Origin: Octopus vulgaris | Lineage: Eukaryota | DNA: 64,000 bases | NCBI GenBank assembly: GCA_951406725.2 | Contig: OX597825.1 | Location: forward strand, 28,024,001 to 28,088,000 | Reading direction: 5' to 3' | Shown: piece after piece, positions 28,336-42,465 of the stretch | Layout of the letters: every line of letters starts with the position of its first letter | Position numbering within the stretch: position 1 is the stretch's first letter | The notes under the pieces: generated by a model | What the model was told of the DNA's origin: nothing | The model's database searches: none | What the model saw: only the letters and a program-made list of their open reading frames with translations | Position numbers and translations under genes: made by a program

Positions 28336-29190
28336 TTCAGGTGAATAGATGCACATACTTGGGTGCGTGCATCGACTGCTCAAACAACACTCCAGCTCTA
28401 CCATATATTCACAAACACCTGGCACACCCTTAATTCAAAAGATCTTGTTTTCTTTAGTGACCGGCTTTAACTCTTTTAAGAAGAACTAAACTAAAACTGA
28501 AAGAACACCATGCGCACAGAACGATGGGTGGTAGATAGGGTAATCATAGGCATATAATGTTGTAAGCTGCGTAGAAGGTTTTATATCAAGTATATATTTA
28601 CCTTAGAGGGTGGAAAGAATCATTCGGTAAATTGATTTACATTTTTAGTGTTTCGCTTTAATTTTATTTTAGTAAATCAAGAACGTTTCCCTTCAATGAC
28701 CGGATGAAGATGAAGATATATCGATTGTCTTCTGCCCATATTTCTCAAAGTAGACAGTTAGCTTTATTATCGGTACTAAATTTCAGTTTCGTTATTGTAG
28801 TATATACTGTATGATATTGCTGTCTTGGGTAATGTTCGGATGTTCAACACCAGCTTAGTATATCACGGTGACTAGTAGCGGTATAGCAGTCACCGTGTGT
28901 GTGTATGTGTATGTAATTTATATTCAATTGAATTAGGTACTTAAATTGAGGCACCTTGATCGGACGAACTTATTTGCACACTCAAACAATATTAGGTGAT
29001 TATCAAACTCTACATAGAATTTTTCCACCCGGTATTCATGCAGTGTATGCAGATGGCATGATCCGACTTAGTGAATACATCAGATCTTGTTTGTTCAGAC
29101 ATGTACTTTATATAAAATTCTTTCCAAATATTTCAGAAGTGCAGATTCCAGAAACGCTAGTAATGAATTGAGACTTATACATCTTTGTTG

Positions 29191-29228
<38 letters not shown>

Positions 29229-29229
<1 letters not shown>

Positions 29230-29418
29230 TTTTTGAGAATAAAGATAAAAAAAACCAAGGCTGTATAAATATTAGAGCATTTATAGATATAAGGTCTTAC
29301 AGCTGTTTCTAGGATATTATTAATAAATATCCTACAAACACATGTAAGACCGTCTATCCATAAATGCTCTAATATCTATACAGCCTTGGTTTTTTTTTTT
29401 ATCTTTTTACGCAAAAAA
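29229..29418. repeat. Imperfect palindrome (~90-bp arms) made of a Penelope-tail-like sequence
   Basis: AAAGATAAAAAAAAACCAAGGCTGTATA..GTCTTACAGCTGTTTCTAGGATATT is inverted to AATATCCTACAAACACATGTAAGAC..TATACAGCCTTGGTTTTTTTTTTATCTTT. Confidence 0.8.
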
Positions 29419-30259
29419 TACTTATAAACACACGCTGACATAGAATCAACGTTGAACCTTTTATTCGCAATATTACCAAATCTGGAACTTAACTATGGTC
29501 TGTCTATAGCACTCATTCAGCATTACCTGACACGTGTGTATGTCTGTGTGTGAGTGTGTGACTATGTGTGTGTATATTCTAGGAAGTTTATAAGCAGATT
29601 ATGAAGTTCCGCTATTTTTGATAGTTTTTTTAAGTCCAATTTCCATGATGAGTGAAATTGAACTTTTCATGAATATTCAATTAAATATTTGTCATGTCCC
29701 AAATGCTGTCGTAACTTACCGCCTCGTATAAAATATCCCCCTGTACGTATGTACTTAATGTATATATATAGAGAGAGAGAGACTAGCCCCCTGGATTGCT
29801 ATTATTGCTTTAGGAATAACACACACGGTGTCTTTGATATGATTCCCACAAGTTGGTTTTATGCCCCCCTACACCTTCTAATTTCTCCAATACAGAGAAC
29901 TAATGTAAGTACATCGGACAAGTGAACAAATCTCAGAAGCAAAATGTCTTTATTATATTTAGTTATGTTTTACTTGTGGTAAGTTCGTATAAGCGACCAA
30001 GTCTCTAATGAATTAATATAGGCTTATCTCCTCTTGTTTCTTCTGTACTATTTCAACCGCTGTACGAAAGGGACACAAAGGCCAATGTATGCAATTATTG
30101 TCTCTTATGTAGACTAATGTATATTGCTTAGCGCAAGAACATATAATTTGAATGAATAAGAAGCTGTCATTTTTTAATTAATCTTTTAATTCTAGCCTTA
30201 AAGGTAATTGTAACGTTTACACAGAGAAAAGTATTTCTAGTATGCTTGCTTTGGTAGTT

Positions 30260-30495
30260 AAGCGGTAGCTGGCAGAAACGTTAGCACGCCGGGCGAAATG
30301 CTTAGCGGTATTTCGTCTGTCGTTACGTTGTGAGTTCAAATTCCGCCGAGGTCGACTTTGCCTTTCATCCTTTCGGGGTCGATAAATTAAGTACCAGTTA
30401 CGCACTGGGGTCGATGTAATCGACTTAATACCTAGGTCTGTCCTTGTTTGTCCCCTCTGTGTTTAGCCCCTTGTGGGTAATAAAGAAATAGGTAT
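30260..30495 (+). mobile_element. SINE family 3, well-preserved copy
   Basis: GCGGTAGCTGGCAGAAACGTTAGCACGCCGGGCGAAATG..GAGTTCAAATTCCGCCGAGGTCGAC; closely similar to 60511-60735. Confidence 0.85.
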
Positions 30496-30610
30496 CTTAT
30501 AATAACTGTTGAGATGTATGAAATACACTGGTTTATTTTTTATATTTTACTTTTTATTTTTGTTTTTGTTTTGTTTTGGAATTGATTCTCGAAGTGCAAA
30601 AAAAATTATA

Positions 30611-30752
30611 AAGGAGTGCCTCTGTGGTAAGTAGCTTGCTTACAAACCACATGGTTCCAGGTTCAGTCCCACTCCATTGCACCTTGGATAAGTGTCTTCT
30701 ACTATAGCCTCGGGCCGGCCAAAAGCCTTGTGATTGGATTTGGTAGATTTGG
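30611..30752 (+). mobile_element. SINE family 1, 5' half
   Basis: AGGAGTG..TGTGGTAAGTAGCTTGCTTAC..GGTTCAGTCCCACT. Confidence 0.75.
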
Positions 30753-30959
30753 TCGAAGGGAGAGCTGTTGAAAAAGAGAGTTAGAAATACAATGTTTAGC
30801 TGAGGTGTTATGTTGTGGTAATGAGGTTAAAGAAAGGAAGATAGAAAGTGATGGACGATAGAAAGATGTAGTTACATTAAGAATGAGATTGGTGATACTG
30901 TGCCAGCTGGAGCATCATGGTGTCACATGGTTAGTAAAAGTGAGAAGTACTGTGCATTT

Positions 30960-31506
30960 TCGTACAGAATATATCAGGCCGTCGTTCGTACAGTACTTCT
31001 CTATGGCTGTGAAACGTGGCCTATGCGGGTGGTCGATCAACGAAGGCTGGAAGTCTTCGACAATGACTGCCTCCGATGCATTCTTTGCTGGCGTCGGGTG
31101 GATCGAGTTCCCACCGCCAATCTCCGACTTAGCCCGTCTCCACGGCCCCTTCCATCTGTCCTTCTGCAACAGCACTTGCGGTGGTTTGGCCATGCATATA
31201 GGCGTCCAGTGTGTGAACTGAGCCGTGATGTCCTTCTCCCAACCCCATTTCCCAACTGGCGGAAACGCGCGGGCAGGCAGCTGAAGACCTGGGTTACGAC
31301 AATCAAGGAGGACCTCTCCATGCTCACGGGACCGCAGGTGGTCAGCCTGTGCCGAGAGAACCGTGACTAGCTTGCTATCTCCAGTGAACTGGCGCAGGAC
31401 CGTCGTGCGTGGGCTGCCATGGTTCGAGATGCCTCGAGGGTGGTAGAAGAAGTCGACTCAACCTGCCCGGGGTGAATGTCGCCACAAGTACAAGTAAGTA
31501 AGTAAA
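30960..31506 (+). mobile_element. 5'-truncated RTE-type LINE (C-terminal region and tail)
   Basis: RIYQAVVRTVLLYGCETWP..LEVFDNDCLRCIL..LRWFGHAYRRP..WRKRAGRQLKTWVTTIKEDL..AQDRRAW; tail CAAGTACAAGTAAGTAAGTAA. Confidence 0.88.
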
Positions 31507-32644
31507 AGTGAGAAGTGAAGAGAAATAAAAAGAGAGAAATGTTGACGTGAAGAGGCAAATGACATGGTTCAAAAGTTTGTTGACTTAAGAAGTAGAGAGA
31601 AAAGAGAGAGAGAGAGAGAGAAATATAGTCTTGCAGTGGGTAATTTTAAACATCATATAGTCTGGAAAAAAAAATAACATTTTAATATTCAATTTTCATC
31701 TTCCAATTGTTTATCTGTTTAACTATCCATCCTCATGTATGGGTAGTCGGAAGAAAGAAGGCTTATATTAGATATGGTTATAAGCATAACATACATAGAT
31801 AAATTGTCTATTAAACGAAATGAAACAACTTAAGAAAAGAATTATAAGTGTTATTTTTTAAGAATTCATTTTTATTTTGAAATTTGTATTGTCAGAGATA
31901 TACATCAACAGGAAGAAATTAGATATAGACAAAGAGCTGAACAGAAGTGGAGTGAAAATTCTTAGACTGAGCTTTGTTATTGAAAATTATAATGATGGTG
32001 GTGGTGTTGACAGTGGTGAGTGGATAGTGAAAAGTGCATTTTCTTTATTGAATTTTTTTTTATATCAGTGCAGTTATTTATCTGCTCGCTTGAAGTTTAT
32101 ATTTGTGTATAAAATACGGATGACAGAAAACTTAAGCTAAGAAGAGACAGAATGAGATGGTAGAGACAACACACGTAAAGAAAAGCAGAGAGCTGAATCA
32201 CTGCAAGAAGCAAGGAAGCAGCAGCGTAGAGGTGGGGGAATATGAATCAAAGAGAATACAGCGGATATTTACAACAGATAAGAGAACATTTTCAATTTTT
32301 ATGGTTTTGCATCAAGTTCCCGTCAACAAAAAATGTTTCGTATTTCGTATTTAGCGTGGAAATTCCAGGGGCACTGCAAGTTCATTTATATTGCTCTTTA
32401 TTTAGATTCGCATACACTTGTCTTTTAGTTGTGAGATCAAACTCTACTGACGTCCATACATTTTGTTACAGAAATATTTTTTAAAAAGTGTGTCCCAGGG
32501 CAAGAAGTGAATTTAACCATGCAAGTCAGTTGATTAGTTCAATGAATACAAGCATGCACAGATACGTACATGCACATGCACACACATACACACACATATG
32601 CATATACATGCACAGACAGATATGTATATATATATATATATGTT

Positions 32645-32697
<53 letters not shown>

Positions 32698-32793
32698 ATA
32701 TACATCTCTCTCTATATATATATGTATGTGTGTTTATATATATATATACATATATGTAAATGTATAAATACATATATATGCATACATGTATAC

Positions 32794-32848
<55 letters not shown>

Positions 32849-32852
32849 CATG

Positions 32853-32904
<52 letters not shown>

Positions 32905-32909
<5 letters not shown>

Positions 32910-33095
32910 TTGCAATTTACAGAAAAACAAAAGACGAAGACAGGTGTATAAACAACGTATAGGTGTATTAGTTTAACGCTCGGGAAGGTGAGAAAGTCTT
33001 CTAGGTTTGGAGCCTACGCTCTTCAACAGAAAGGAACACGAGAAAATAAGCAGAGAGAGAATAAAAAATGCTATAGCGGCTAACGATTAATCATA
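32905..33095 (-). mobile_element. Penelope-tail-like repeat, homolog of 16010-16212, with decayed hammerhead motif
   Basis: Reverse complement CTTT-CTGTTGA-AGAGCgtagGCTC-CAAACCTA-GAAG at 32998-33033. Confidence 0.5.
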
Positions 33096-34640
33096 TATGT
33101 ATATGAGTTGTGCTGTAAGTATTATCAGCAAAGTAGTATTCGATTACTTTATTCTGTTTAGTTAAGCAATGCAGGTTCGTATTTCGAACTCCAAGAATAG
33201 GATGATGATTGTCGAAAATTCATATCAAGAGGCATAAAAGATGTGAATATTGTCAAAATATCATAGTGGGTACTTATTACAATGTTGAATTTAATATAAA
33301 TATGATTTTATTACTGTTCACATTGTAAATTTCTAACTTCTGGTTTGTAATATTTATTGTTCAGCTCGAAGCTAGTGGTTTGCATCTTTTGGGAAACATA
33401 TCATCAAAGAGAGAGAACTTCTCCTCAGACATATTCGAAGATCTATTACACGTAATTCTTAAATAGAGCATCTTTCAATTCTTCCTGTTCGCACTTGTGG
33501 CCTTGGTAGCCGCATACAGCACTATTTGATCTTACTTTGGATTCATCAACGCTGTATAACTCTGGACACATATTAATTAAATTGAAGTCAACATCCTACG
33601 AAAGTACAAATTAAGGGGGGAAATACAAGACAGAACACCGTTGATAGTTCCAAAGACATATTTTGTCTTCTTTTCCTTGCCTTTTGATTCTAATCCGTTT
33701 GTTATTTGGCAATAGAGAAGAAAGAAATAGAGAAACTTCTTACATGAAAATAATCGTGTTGCTTTGCCAAAATTCCTTTGGTGTTGCAACATTTGATGAA
33801 ACTTCCATGAACTAGTCCGCAAGACAGCTTTTGGTCATCTCGAGTTCAGATATGGATTACTGGCTGCTATTTCCTTTTAAGTTATCCTCCTTGAGGTATT
33901 AAAACTTATGCTCTTTCTTCCATCTTGCCAAAGCAATTACACTTTTAGTGGATAGACTTAGAAAAGCAACAGTGCATATCGAATCATTTGGCTTGCCTCT
34001 GGTGGGAAACATGTAATCAAAGGGAAGACAATTTCATCTCAGACAATTTCGAAGATCCTGCATGCTTTATTCTTAACTTAAACATCTTTTAATACATCTG
34101 CTTTTTTTATACAAACGCAGAAACCAAAATTATTGCAGCCGGAACAATAATATTTTCAAGAATACAAACGAGCTTTTTGATGTATACTTATTTTAAAAGA
34201 GGGAAATAAAATTCAGCTGACCTTTCTAGCAAGTCTGGTGAGGTAACTCCAATTATTATTGCGCCTTCTCATTGATATAGTGCGTAATTTAGAAAGCTTT
34301 CCGGAATCTGCGGAAGACGTTCAATTCCAGGCCTTCCCTTATCGTAAATTACAATTTCTTTTTAAGATAACTTTACTACTTTACACACACATAGTCAACC
34401 TCATCAATTCCTGATATCATTTCTATTGTGTAAGTCGGATATTTTTATAGGTATACATATTTACATATTTTTGCATTAAATTCATTTAATATTTTTTGTA
34501 TAACGACTTGCCTAAAATGCTTATCCTTATGTTTATTCCTCTACCTGCTCAAGTTTAAACCTCTTGAACACTGCGAAGTATATTCTATACAGCGAATACC
34601 TGTGTCTAATCTATGTATATCTCTCTCTCTCCCTCTCTCT

Positions 34641-34685
<45 letters not shown>

Positions 34686-35788
34686 ATTTAAAAATAGGAT
34701 AAAATCTTTCTAAGAATTTATCAAGTAGTTAGCGTGAAAAACCTCATAAGAGAAAAATCCACCAATTTTTTCTTTCACTTAAATATATTTATTTATATTA
34801 TATAGAGGGCATTGCTATACATAAATGCCACAAACTAGGAGGGTCTCTTAAAGTCAAAACTACCAAAATAAATATACACATCATACCGAATGCAACTCTC
34901 GAAGCAAGTCATTTAAAAACAGAATTTAGCTGTAGTTCACCGTGATTTCATAATTAGTGCAGTAATGCACTTTATAATCATCAATACAAGTATAATTCAA
35001 GATTTATAACGAATGAACAAAATCAACATACCAGACGAACAACCAGAGAGAGAGGCGGGGTTGTTGCAAGGTACAGAAATCTGGAAAACTTCTGTTGAAT
35101 AACTCTCTTATTGCATAATAAACAATATTTTCCTACAAATATAAACCAATGACAACATTATAGAAACAAACACACAAACCTATCGTCACCCTCTCTGTCT
35201 CTTTCTCTCTCTGACAGACACGCACACATATTCACAAACATACATACACGTACACACGCAAGCTCACATATCCCATAGACATACACAACTATTTACGTAC
35301 ATGCTCGTGCACACGAATTCCGATTTTTACGAAATCACTGGTTTTTAATTCTATTCTGTACGTTCTATTCTAACAGTTTAATAAAACATTTGGTAAAGAA
35401 ACAGAAAAGGAAATAGGCAAAATATTCAGATAAGGAATAATGAAGACTACACTGAAATAAAATACAAATAACAACATCATCAATGACAAAAACAAATGTT
35501 GCAATAAAAATATTTCCCATCAATTTCCGAAAGACAAATCTGGAAAAAAAATATAAAAATATATTTTTTGAAATCTTCATAAAATGAAACGAAAATTATA
35601 AGGAATCTGCAGACAATATTATTCTTGTATATACACTATTAAATGACTTGAGGATAGCTGGGTGCCATTTTGTTTTATGGCATGCTCTGCCAAAATAACT
35701 GAAAAGCAACCACAACTAAAAGATCAAAAACAACACTGACATCAATCATTGGAATAAGTCTCAACGAAAAAAGTTTACTAGCAGTAGC

Positions 35789-35831
<43 letters not shown>

Positions 35832-35952
35832 AATGGACATAGTTTTGAATAGCAATGACAAAAGTAATGGGCGAACGATAAAATAAAGAAATCAATGCAA
35901 ACAGAAATATATATACACGCACACACATACGCACACAAGTATGTATGTATAT

Positions 35953-35991
<39 letters not shown>

Positions 35992-36374
35992 GTGTGTATA
36001 TGTGTGCGCACGCGTGTGTGTGTATATATGTAAGTGTATATCTTCATGCATACGTATATATGTGTTTAGATATATATGTTTTTAAATATATATGTGCATT
36101 TAAGTATATACATAAGAATAAGAAAGTGACGGAGGTAAAGCGGGGGAGGGAGGGGAGGAAACAAAAGGGAATAAGACGAAAATATGGGAAATAGTGCCGC
36201 CTCTTTACTCATTTATCCATTAACTTCTTTCAGAATAGAAACTTCGTTTGGCTAAGAGTGGCATAATCCCGAGTAATCTACGTTTTAAACCACTTTAGCT
36301 ATTTTCTTGCCTTGTCAAGCAACCATCAGAATCGTAGAAGCAGAAATCACGTTATTGCTGTCGATAATGATGGC

Positions 36375-36447
<73 letters not shown>

Positions 36448-36585
36448 GTAGTGGTGATGATGATGATGACAATGATGATGATGATGATGATGATGATGGT
36501 GGTGATGATGATAATGATGATGATGATGAGGAGGAGGAGGAGGAGGAGGGTGACGACGACGACGAAAACGACGATGGCTATGGCG
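36375..36585. repeat. (GAT)n microsatellite
   Basis: Direct reading. Confidence 0.95.
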
Positions 36586-36758
36586 ATGTTGATTATATAC
36601 AATAACCAACGAATGAAACTTATTGGCATCTTCTAGCCCAGAATGTTTTCGAAACTTTTTACGTTTCTTTTTATTTCCAGTCTGTTTTCAATATTTTTTT
36701 TTTATTCTTTATATTCTCGTACTTTTCTGCGTATTTTGTGCCTTGTTTTTAATGTGAA

Positions 36759-36798
36759 ATTATTATTATTATTGTTGTTGTTGTTGTTACTATTGTTA

Positions 36799-36870
<72 letters not shown>

Positions 36871-36942
36871 GTTGTTGTTGTTGTTGTTGTTGTTGTTATT
36901 ACTATTGCTATTATCATTACTATTGTTGTTATTATTGTTACC

Positions 36943-37002
<60 letters not shown>

Positions 37003-37072
37003 GTTGTTGTTATTATTATTATTATTATTATTAATATTATTGTTATTACTATTACTATTATTATTATTATTT
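36759..37072. repeat. (ATT)n/(GTT)n microsatellite
   Basis: Direct reading. Confidence 0.95.
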
Positions 37073-37888
37073 CACTTTATCAAAGGTTTTGTTGTAACTC
37101 CTGGGGTCTTGCATGCGTAGCGTGCTTACTACCTGCAGCCTACGGTACCATGCTATCTGTTCTTTTCAGTTATGTAATACTTTCATGATTATAATTATTG
37201 TTGTTGCTGCTGCCGCTGTTGTTGTTGTTGTTGTTGATGATGTTTTATTAGAGCTTTAAATATGATACACTTGCTGCATGAGTTCTAAGCGGTGTGAGTT
37301 GGGTAGATTATCTTCAGATCTTAAAGTGAAACAAACTACTATAAGAGTAACGAAGAAAAACCCACTCTTGGTATACCAGCATCTCGTTGGTGGTAGAATC
37401 AAAAGTATGTTACTTCTTACTTAATCCTTAATTCGACCAAAATCTATAGTATGAAATTCATTCTAAATTACAATCCCGCCTTTATGAAATTAAATCGCTT
37501 GTGTTCGACGATCCTGAAATCCTGCTAACTTGCCGAATATATGCAGAATATTTGAAATGTGGACTATGGAAATATACGGTTATTATTCCGAAATCAGAAA
37601 GGAAAACAATAATGTTTGAAGCTTTTTCTTCTCAAATGTCTTAGTTATAGACTCGGGCAACTAAACTGTGACTGCTTTTAAGATATAATATTAATGCCTA
37701 TTATTAATGAAGATCTAAATATGAGCGTGAAATAATATATTTACAATTTAATTGGCGTATATGGTAATAACTAATATGGCAAAACGAAATAGAAGCGGAA
37801 TGAGAGAGGTCAGGTATAGTCCTAATCATGTAATTGCCAATGCAGACTCTGAAGGAAACAGCATACCGTAATTTTAGGGACCTTTTTT

Positions 37889-38250
37889 TGTGTTTGCAGA
37901 GTGTGTAACAGACGATGATTATCTTTTATTGAGTTCAAATCTCATTTGAAGACCCATGAAAACCGAACCTTCACCAACTATTCAGCCAATATATCTGTTC
38001 ACATCTTTCAATGCCGTGAATGCCATAAGGTCTGCAATTCTAACGGAAGCCTCAAAAGACATTTTAAGATCCACAAAGATCAGAACTTTACAGCAGCTCT
38101 TGGTGGTCCAAATCGGATGTGCAATCTATGTGGGTGTCCTTTCAATACATTATCTGGTTTAGAAAGCCATATCAGACGCCATAAAGGATCTAAGGTGTAG
38201 GTACAAGAGGTGGTGACACTCCGCATAAGGAGTAGACAACCACCACTATA
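37889..38250 (+). pseudogene. Three C2H2 zinc-finger motifs, probably the 3' end of an RTE-like LINE ORF
   Basis: VCRVCNRR*LSFIEFKSHLKTH, CRECHKVCNSNGSLKRHFKIH and CNLCGCPFNTLSGLESHIRRH lie in one frame with one internal stop; no TGEKP linkers. Confidence 0.6.
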
Positions 38251-39777
38251 AATGAACTTTTATTTGAACTTCAAGACTCTTGTAACAACTAGTTCAACCT
38301 GTAACGAAATGTTAATTTTATGGAAAATATAAGCAATTGAAATGAAAAGTTCCATCGGAAGAAAAAATTTTAAGTGAAAAATATAATTTTCAAGAAATAT
38401 TTTTCGTTTTGTTAATTAAAGTAAAATTCTGGAAAGTGTGATTAAACGTAATGTGAGTATGATAGAGGAAGCCCAAAGAATGTCTCTTAGGCGTTTGTGA
38501 AACGAAGCTGTTATTTCTGTTGAATGTATCTAGGTATAAAGGGTATTGACGAATATTTATGAAAGTAATAATTAGTTTTTATGTGGTATCTAAGCATGCA
38601 TTCGTCTAAATATGTGTATCTTTGTATCACATTACTATTTGTACGCATATGTGAAATTAAAGCGTGTATGTGTGATTGCGCTCGTTTGCGAAATATTTTA
38701 TTCAACAATGTAAATTGCATGGGTGAAAATTTATATCGTGAAAGGGTCAGAGTTCAAAATAAAAATTGAAGTTTAAATGTTGTCAAGGTATATAATTTAG
38801 GTCCTATAACCATGTGCCTTCAACCCTCGTTTTAGTTATTTCTGATTTATTTCTTATATTGGTATGTTTTGGGAGTTTGTATTTGATTGTGTATAAGACT
38901 GATTGTATTATGTTCTTCATTTGTATACTCTTTTAGAAAATGCCATGATTTGTTAACATAGTTTAAGTTAAGCATTGAATTTCTGAAGATAAGTATTATA
39001 AGTTATGCATTAAATATTTCGGTTCCATGTATGCCAAAATGTAACATAGTGGATGATATGCATCTGAGTATATTGAAATTCAATGTATTTAAGTACCAAA
39101 GCCTACTAAAAGTTTCAAGTATCTTCCGTACAATTTAACCAACAATAAAATAAAACATATACATATATTTTTCTACAAGCAAGATTCTTCATTTATCTAT
39201 TTTTAATATATCCATTTATGCATGAATGTTTATATTTCTGTATGCTGTGAGAAGGAATTACCATACTCTCCCAAAAATGTTTTCCATCAGCAAACGACAT
39301 CGAATTTTTTTTCCGCACACAGTAACTTCATCATATGATAAGTAAACTATAAATATATAAATGCATGTGTCAGTAAAAAGAAACAGAAAGCATCTTAAGA
39401 TACTACGTTTTCAATAAAATAGAAATATTATTCCCGACCATTAATCTTCAGTGTATTTTAGAAACGAAAATGTAACATCAAATGTTTTATACAATTGTCA
39501 GAAAGATTTCGTTAATGAATATATGAATTCTATTCTGCTTTTGTCTCGTAACTCTTTCTACAGTAGTCCTTCCATTAATGCTGTTTCATTTAACTCTTTT
39601 TCTTTTCAGTTCATTCGATTTGTCTTTTTTTTTTTTGAGTGTGTATTGGGATCCACACCAAATTGGAAAAAAAAAGATTTTGCAACATTTGAAATAAAAC
39701 AACAATGACAAAAAGCAAAGGTATAATCGGAATAGTTTAAAGCAAAATAAGTTGAGTTGGTTTCCTATATACGTGAT

Positions 39778-39779
<2 letters not shown>

Positions 39780-39844
<65 letters not shown>

Positions 39845-39883
39845 ATGTGTGTGTGTGTGTGTAAGTTAGTATATATATATATA

Positions 39884-39916
<33 letters not shown>

Positions 39917-39937
39917 TTGTATGTATATATATATATG

Positions 39938-39990
<53 letters not shown>

Positions 39991-40226
39991 GTATGTAAAT
40001 ATATATATGTATATATATATATATATATGTTCATATGTATGTGTATATATATGTATATATATATGTTTATATATATATATATGTACATACATATTCATAT
40101 ATGCACATACAGATAAACATATACACACATATATATGTAGATATGTATGTGTGTGTATGTATATGATATATTGCATTCATATCTGAGTATACGTGTATAC
40201 ATGATGATACTCGCTCACACACACAG

Positions 40227-40272
<46 letters not shown>

Positions 40273-40392
40273 ACATGCACAAATGTAAGTATGCACGTAT
40301 GTATGCACCTATGTATGTATGCATGTATGTATGCATGTATGTATGTATGTATGTATGTATGCATGTATGTATGTATGTATGTGTATATGCAT
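39780..40392. repeat. Compound (TA)n/(TG)n/(TATG)n microsatellite
   Basis: Direct reading. Confidence 0.95.
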
Positions 40393-40641
40393 GCATTATC
40401 TTTTCTATTATATTGTTTCTGTATATTTTATTTGTTCGTTTTCTTAAATTTCTTTCTTTCTTTTTTATTCATGTCCCTGTTTCCGAAAACCTTTTAAATG
40501 TTTTTTTAAACAAAGAACCGTTCCAGAAGTTAAATAATTCCGACAGCGTTGGTTTGATTCCCTTATTTCAATAACGACATGGTACTGAATGAAACATCTT
40601 AAATTGGTATTTTGTAGAAGGAAAATATAGTGGCCGCAAAG

Positions 40642-41013
40642 GAGCAAGAAGAAGAAGGAGAAGGAGAAGGAGAAGAAGAAGAAGAAGAAGAAGAAGAAGA
40701 AGAAGAAGAAGAAGAAGAAGAAAGAGGAGGAGGAGAAGAAGAACAAGAAGAACAAGAACAAGAACAAGAAGAACAAGAACAAGAACAAGAAGAAGAACAA
40801 GAACAAGAAGAACAAGAAGAAGAAGAGGAAGAAGAACAAGAACAAGAACAAGAACAAGAACAAGAACAAGAACAAGAAGAAAGAGGAGGAGGAGAAGAAA
40901 GAGAAGAAGAACAAGAAGAAGAAGAAGAAGAAGAAGAAGAAGAAGAAGAACAAGAAGAAGGAGAGAAGAAGAAGAAGGAGAGAAGAAGAAGAAGGAGAGA
41001 AGAAGAAGAAGAA
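40642..41013. repeat. (GAA)n/(GAACAA)n purine-rich tract
   Basis: Direct reading. Confidence 0.95.
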
Positions 41014-41669
41014 ATAAAAACGAACCACATCAATGGCGTTTAATTATCTTTCTGTATAAATAAGTTACTAATTCTAATATTTGAGGGAATATTATTGTCT
41101 CTAAACACCAAGAAAAAAACTTACATTCTGTGAGAAAACAAGCAACAATAGGATTTTTTTTTAAGGAATAAAGAATTGAACAATAACTTTCTCTTTGTTT
41201 TGCAAACAAAACATAAGAATCAAAATTGTAAAGTACAAGTAACCTTTTGCTTTGATGAATTTGCCATTCTATTAGATTTAGCTGAGGTCTGTTCATTCAA
41301 AAATCGCGTTCCATTTTTTGGAATGGCTAAATGCAAAGAGGAAAGAAAATTAATAAAATATGAACAAAATATATTCTCCAGAGTTTCCAGTAAATAAAAT
41401 CAAAGGAAGATTTTTTTAAATGTATTACAAAAAAATTGAATAACAGTAACAAAATTCAAATTTTAATGGAGAATATGCGGTCAGTTTTATTTTTAAGTCG
41501 TGACATAAGAGGTTAGAATTCCGTTAAGAGGGTAAAATTCCGTTTCAATTGAAGGGAAATAATTTTAGAAGAGATTGACAACTCCTTTTAATAAAACTGT
41601 TTCACATGCGATGTACTTTTCTAAGCAGTTTTGTTTGAAAAACAAAATAAAAGAAAAGGAATCTCTGCA

Positions 41670-41778
41670 ATTATTCCAGTACAATAAATCCTCGCATTAT
41701 TCCAGTACAATTATTCCAGTACAATAAATCCTCGCATTATTCCAGTACAATTATTCCAGTACAATAAATCCTCGCATA
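41670..41778 (+). repeat. Minisatellite, 40-bp period made of 26-bp and 14-bp subunits
   Basis: ATTATTCCAGTACA occurs five times, three of them followed by ATAAATCCTCGC. Confidence 0.9.
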
Positions 41779-41901
41779 ATATTTCTGTCGTCAACAAATA
41801 CATAAGATTGTTTACGTCAACGCTATACAGACAATAGTGGGTATATCCTTCTCCGCTTATTGCCCTAGTCAACCATAATTGATGAACTAACCATGATATA
41901 C

Positions 41902-42020
41902 ATTATTTACATGTGACAGATATTTGTCCTCATCTTGTTTGTTGTCAACACAACGTTTTGGCTGAGATTCCATCCAGAGAGAACTTGCGTTCTCATTCCT
42001 AAGGTATTTTTCGATGCTAT
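41902..42020 (-). mobile_element. Internally deleted copy of the hammerhead-bearing segment at 42410-42560
   Basis: Shares ATTATTTACAT..GATATTTGTC.TCATCTTGTTTGTTGT.AACACAACGTTT.GGCTGA..TTCTCATTCCTAAGGTATTTT, then (ATT)n; the CTGATGA box is missing. Confidence 0.7.
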
Positions 42021-42028
42021 TATTATAA

Positions 42029-42072
<44 letters not shown>

Positions 42073-42157
42073 TATTATTATTATTATTTATTATTATTAT
42101 TATTATTATTATAATTATTATTATTATTATTATTATAATTATTATTATTCATCATTA

Positions 42158-42227
<70 letters not shown>

Positions 42228-42465
42228 CATCATCATCATTATTATTCGAACAGCACTCAATAAAAACAAAATAGTAATTCCCTTTAAGCTTTATATTTAA
42301 TTTAGAAATCTTCAATAAAAGATATGTGAATTTTATAAAATATAAGAAAACGCAAAACTTTCGACGATTCACAAGAAAAAAATTCAGAAATTTCTAGCAA
42401 ACTCTTCATCATTATTTACATTATTTACATTTGACGGATATTTGTCTTCATCTTGTTTGTTGTTA

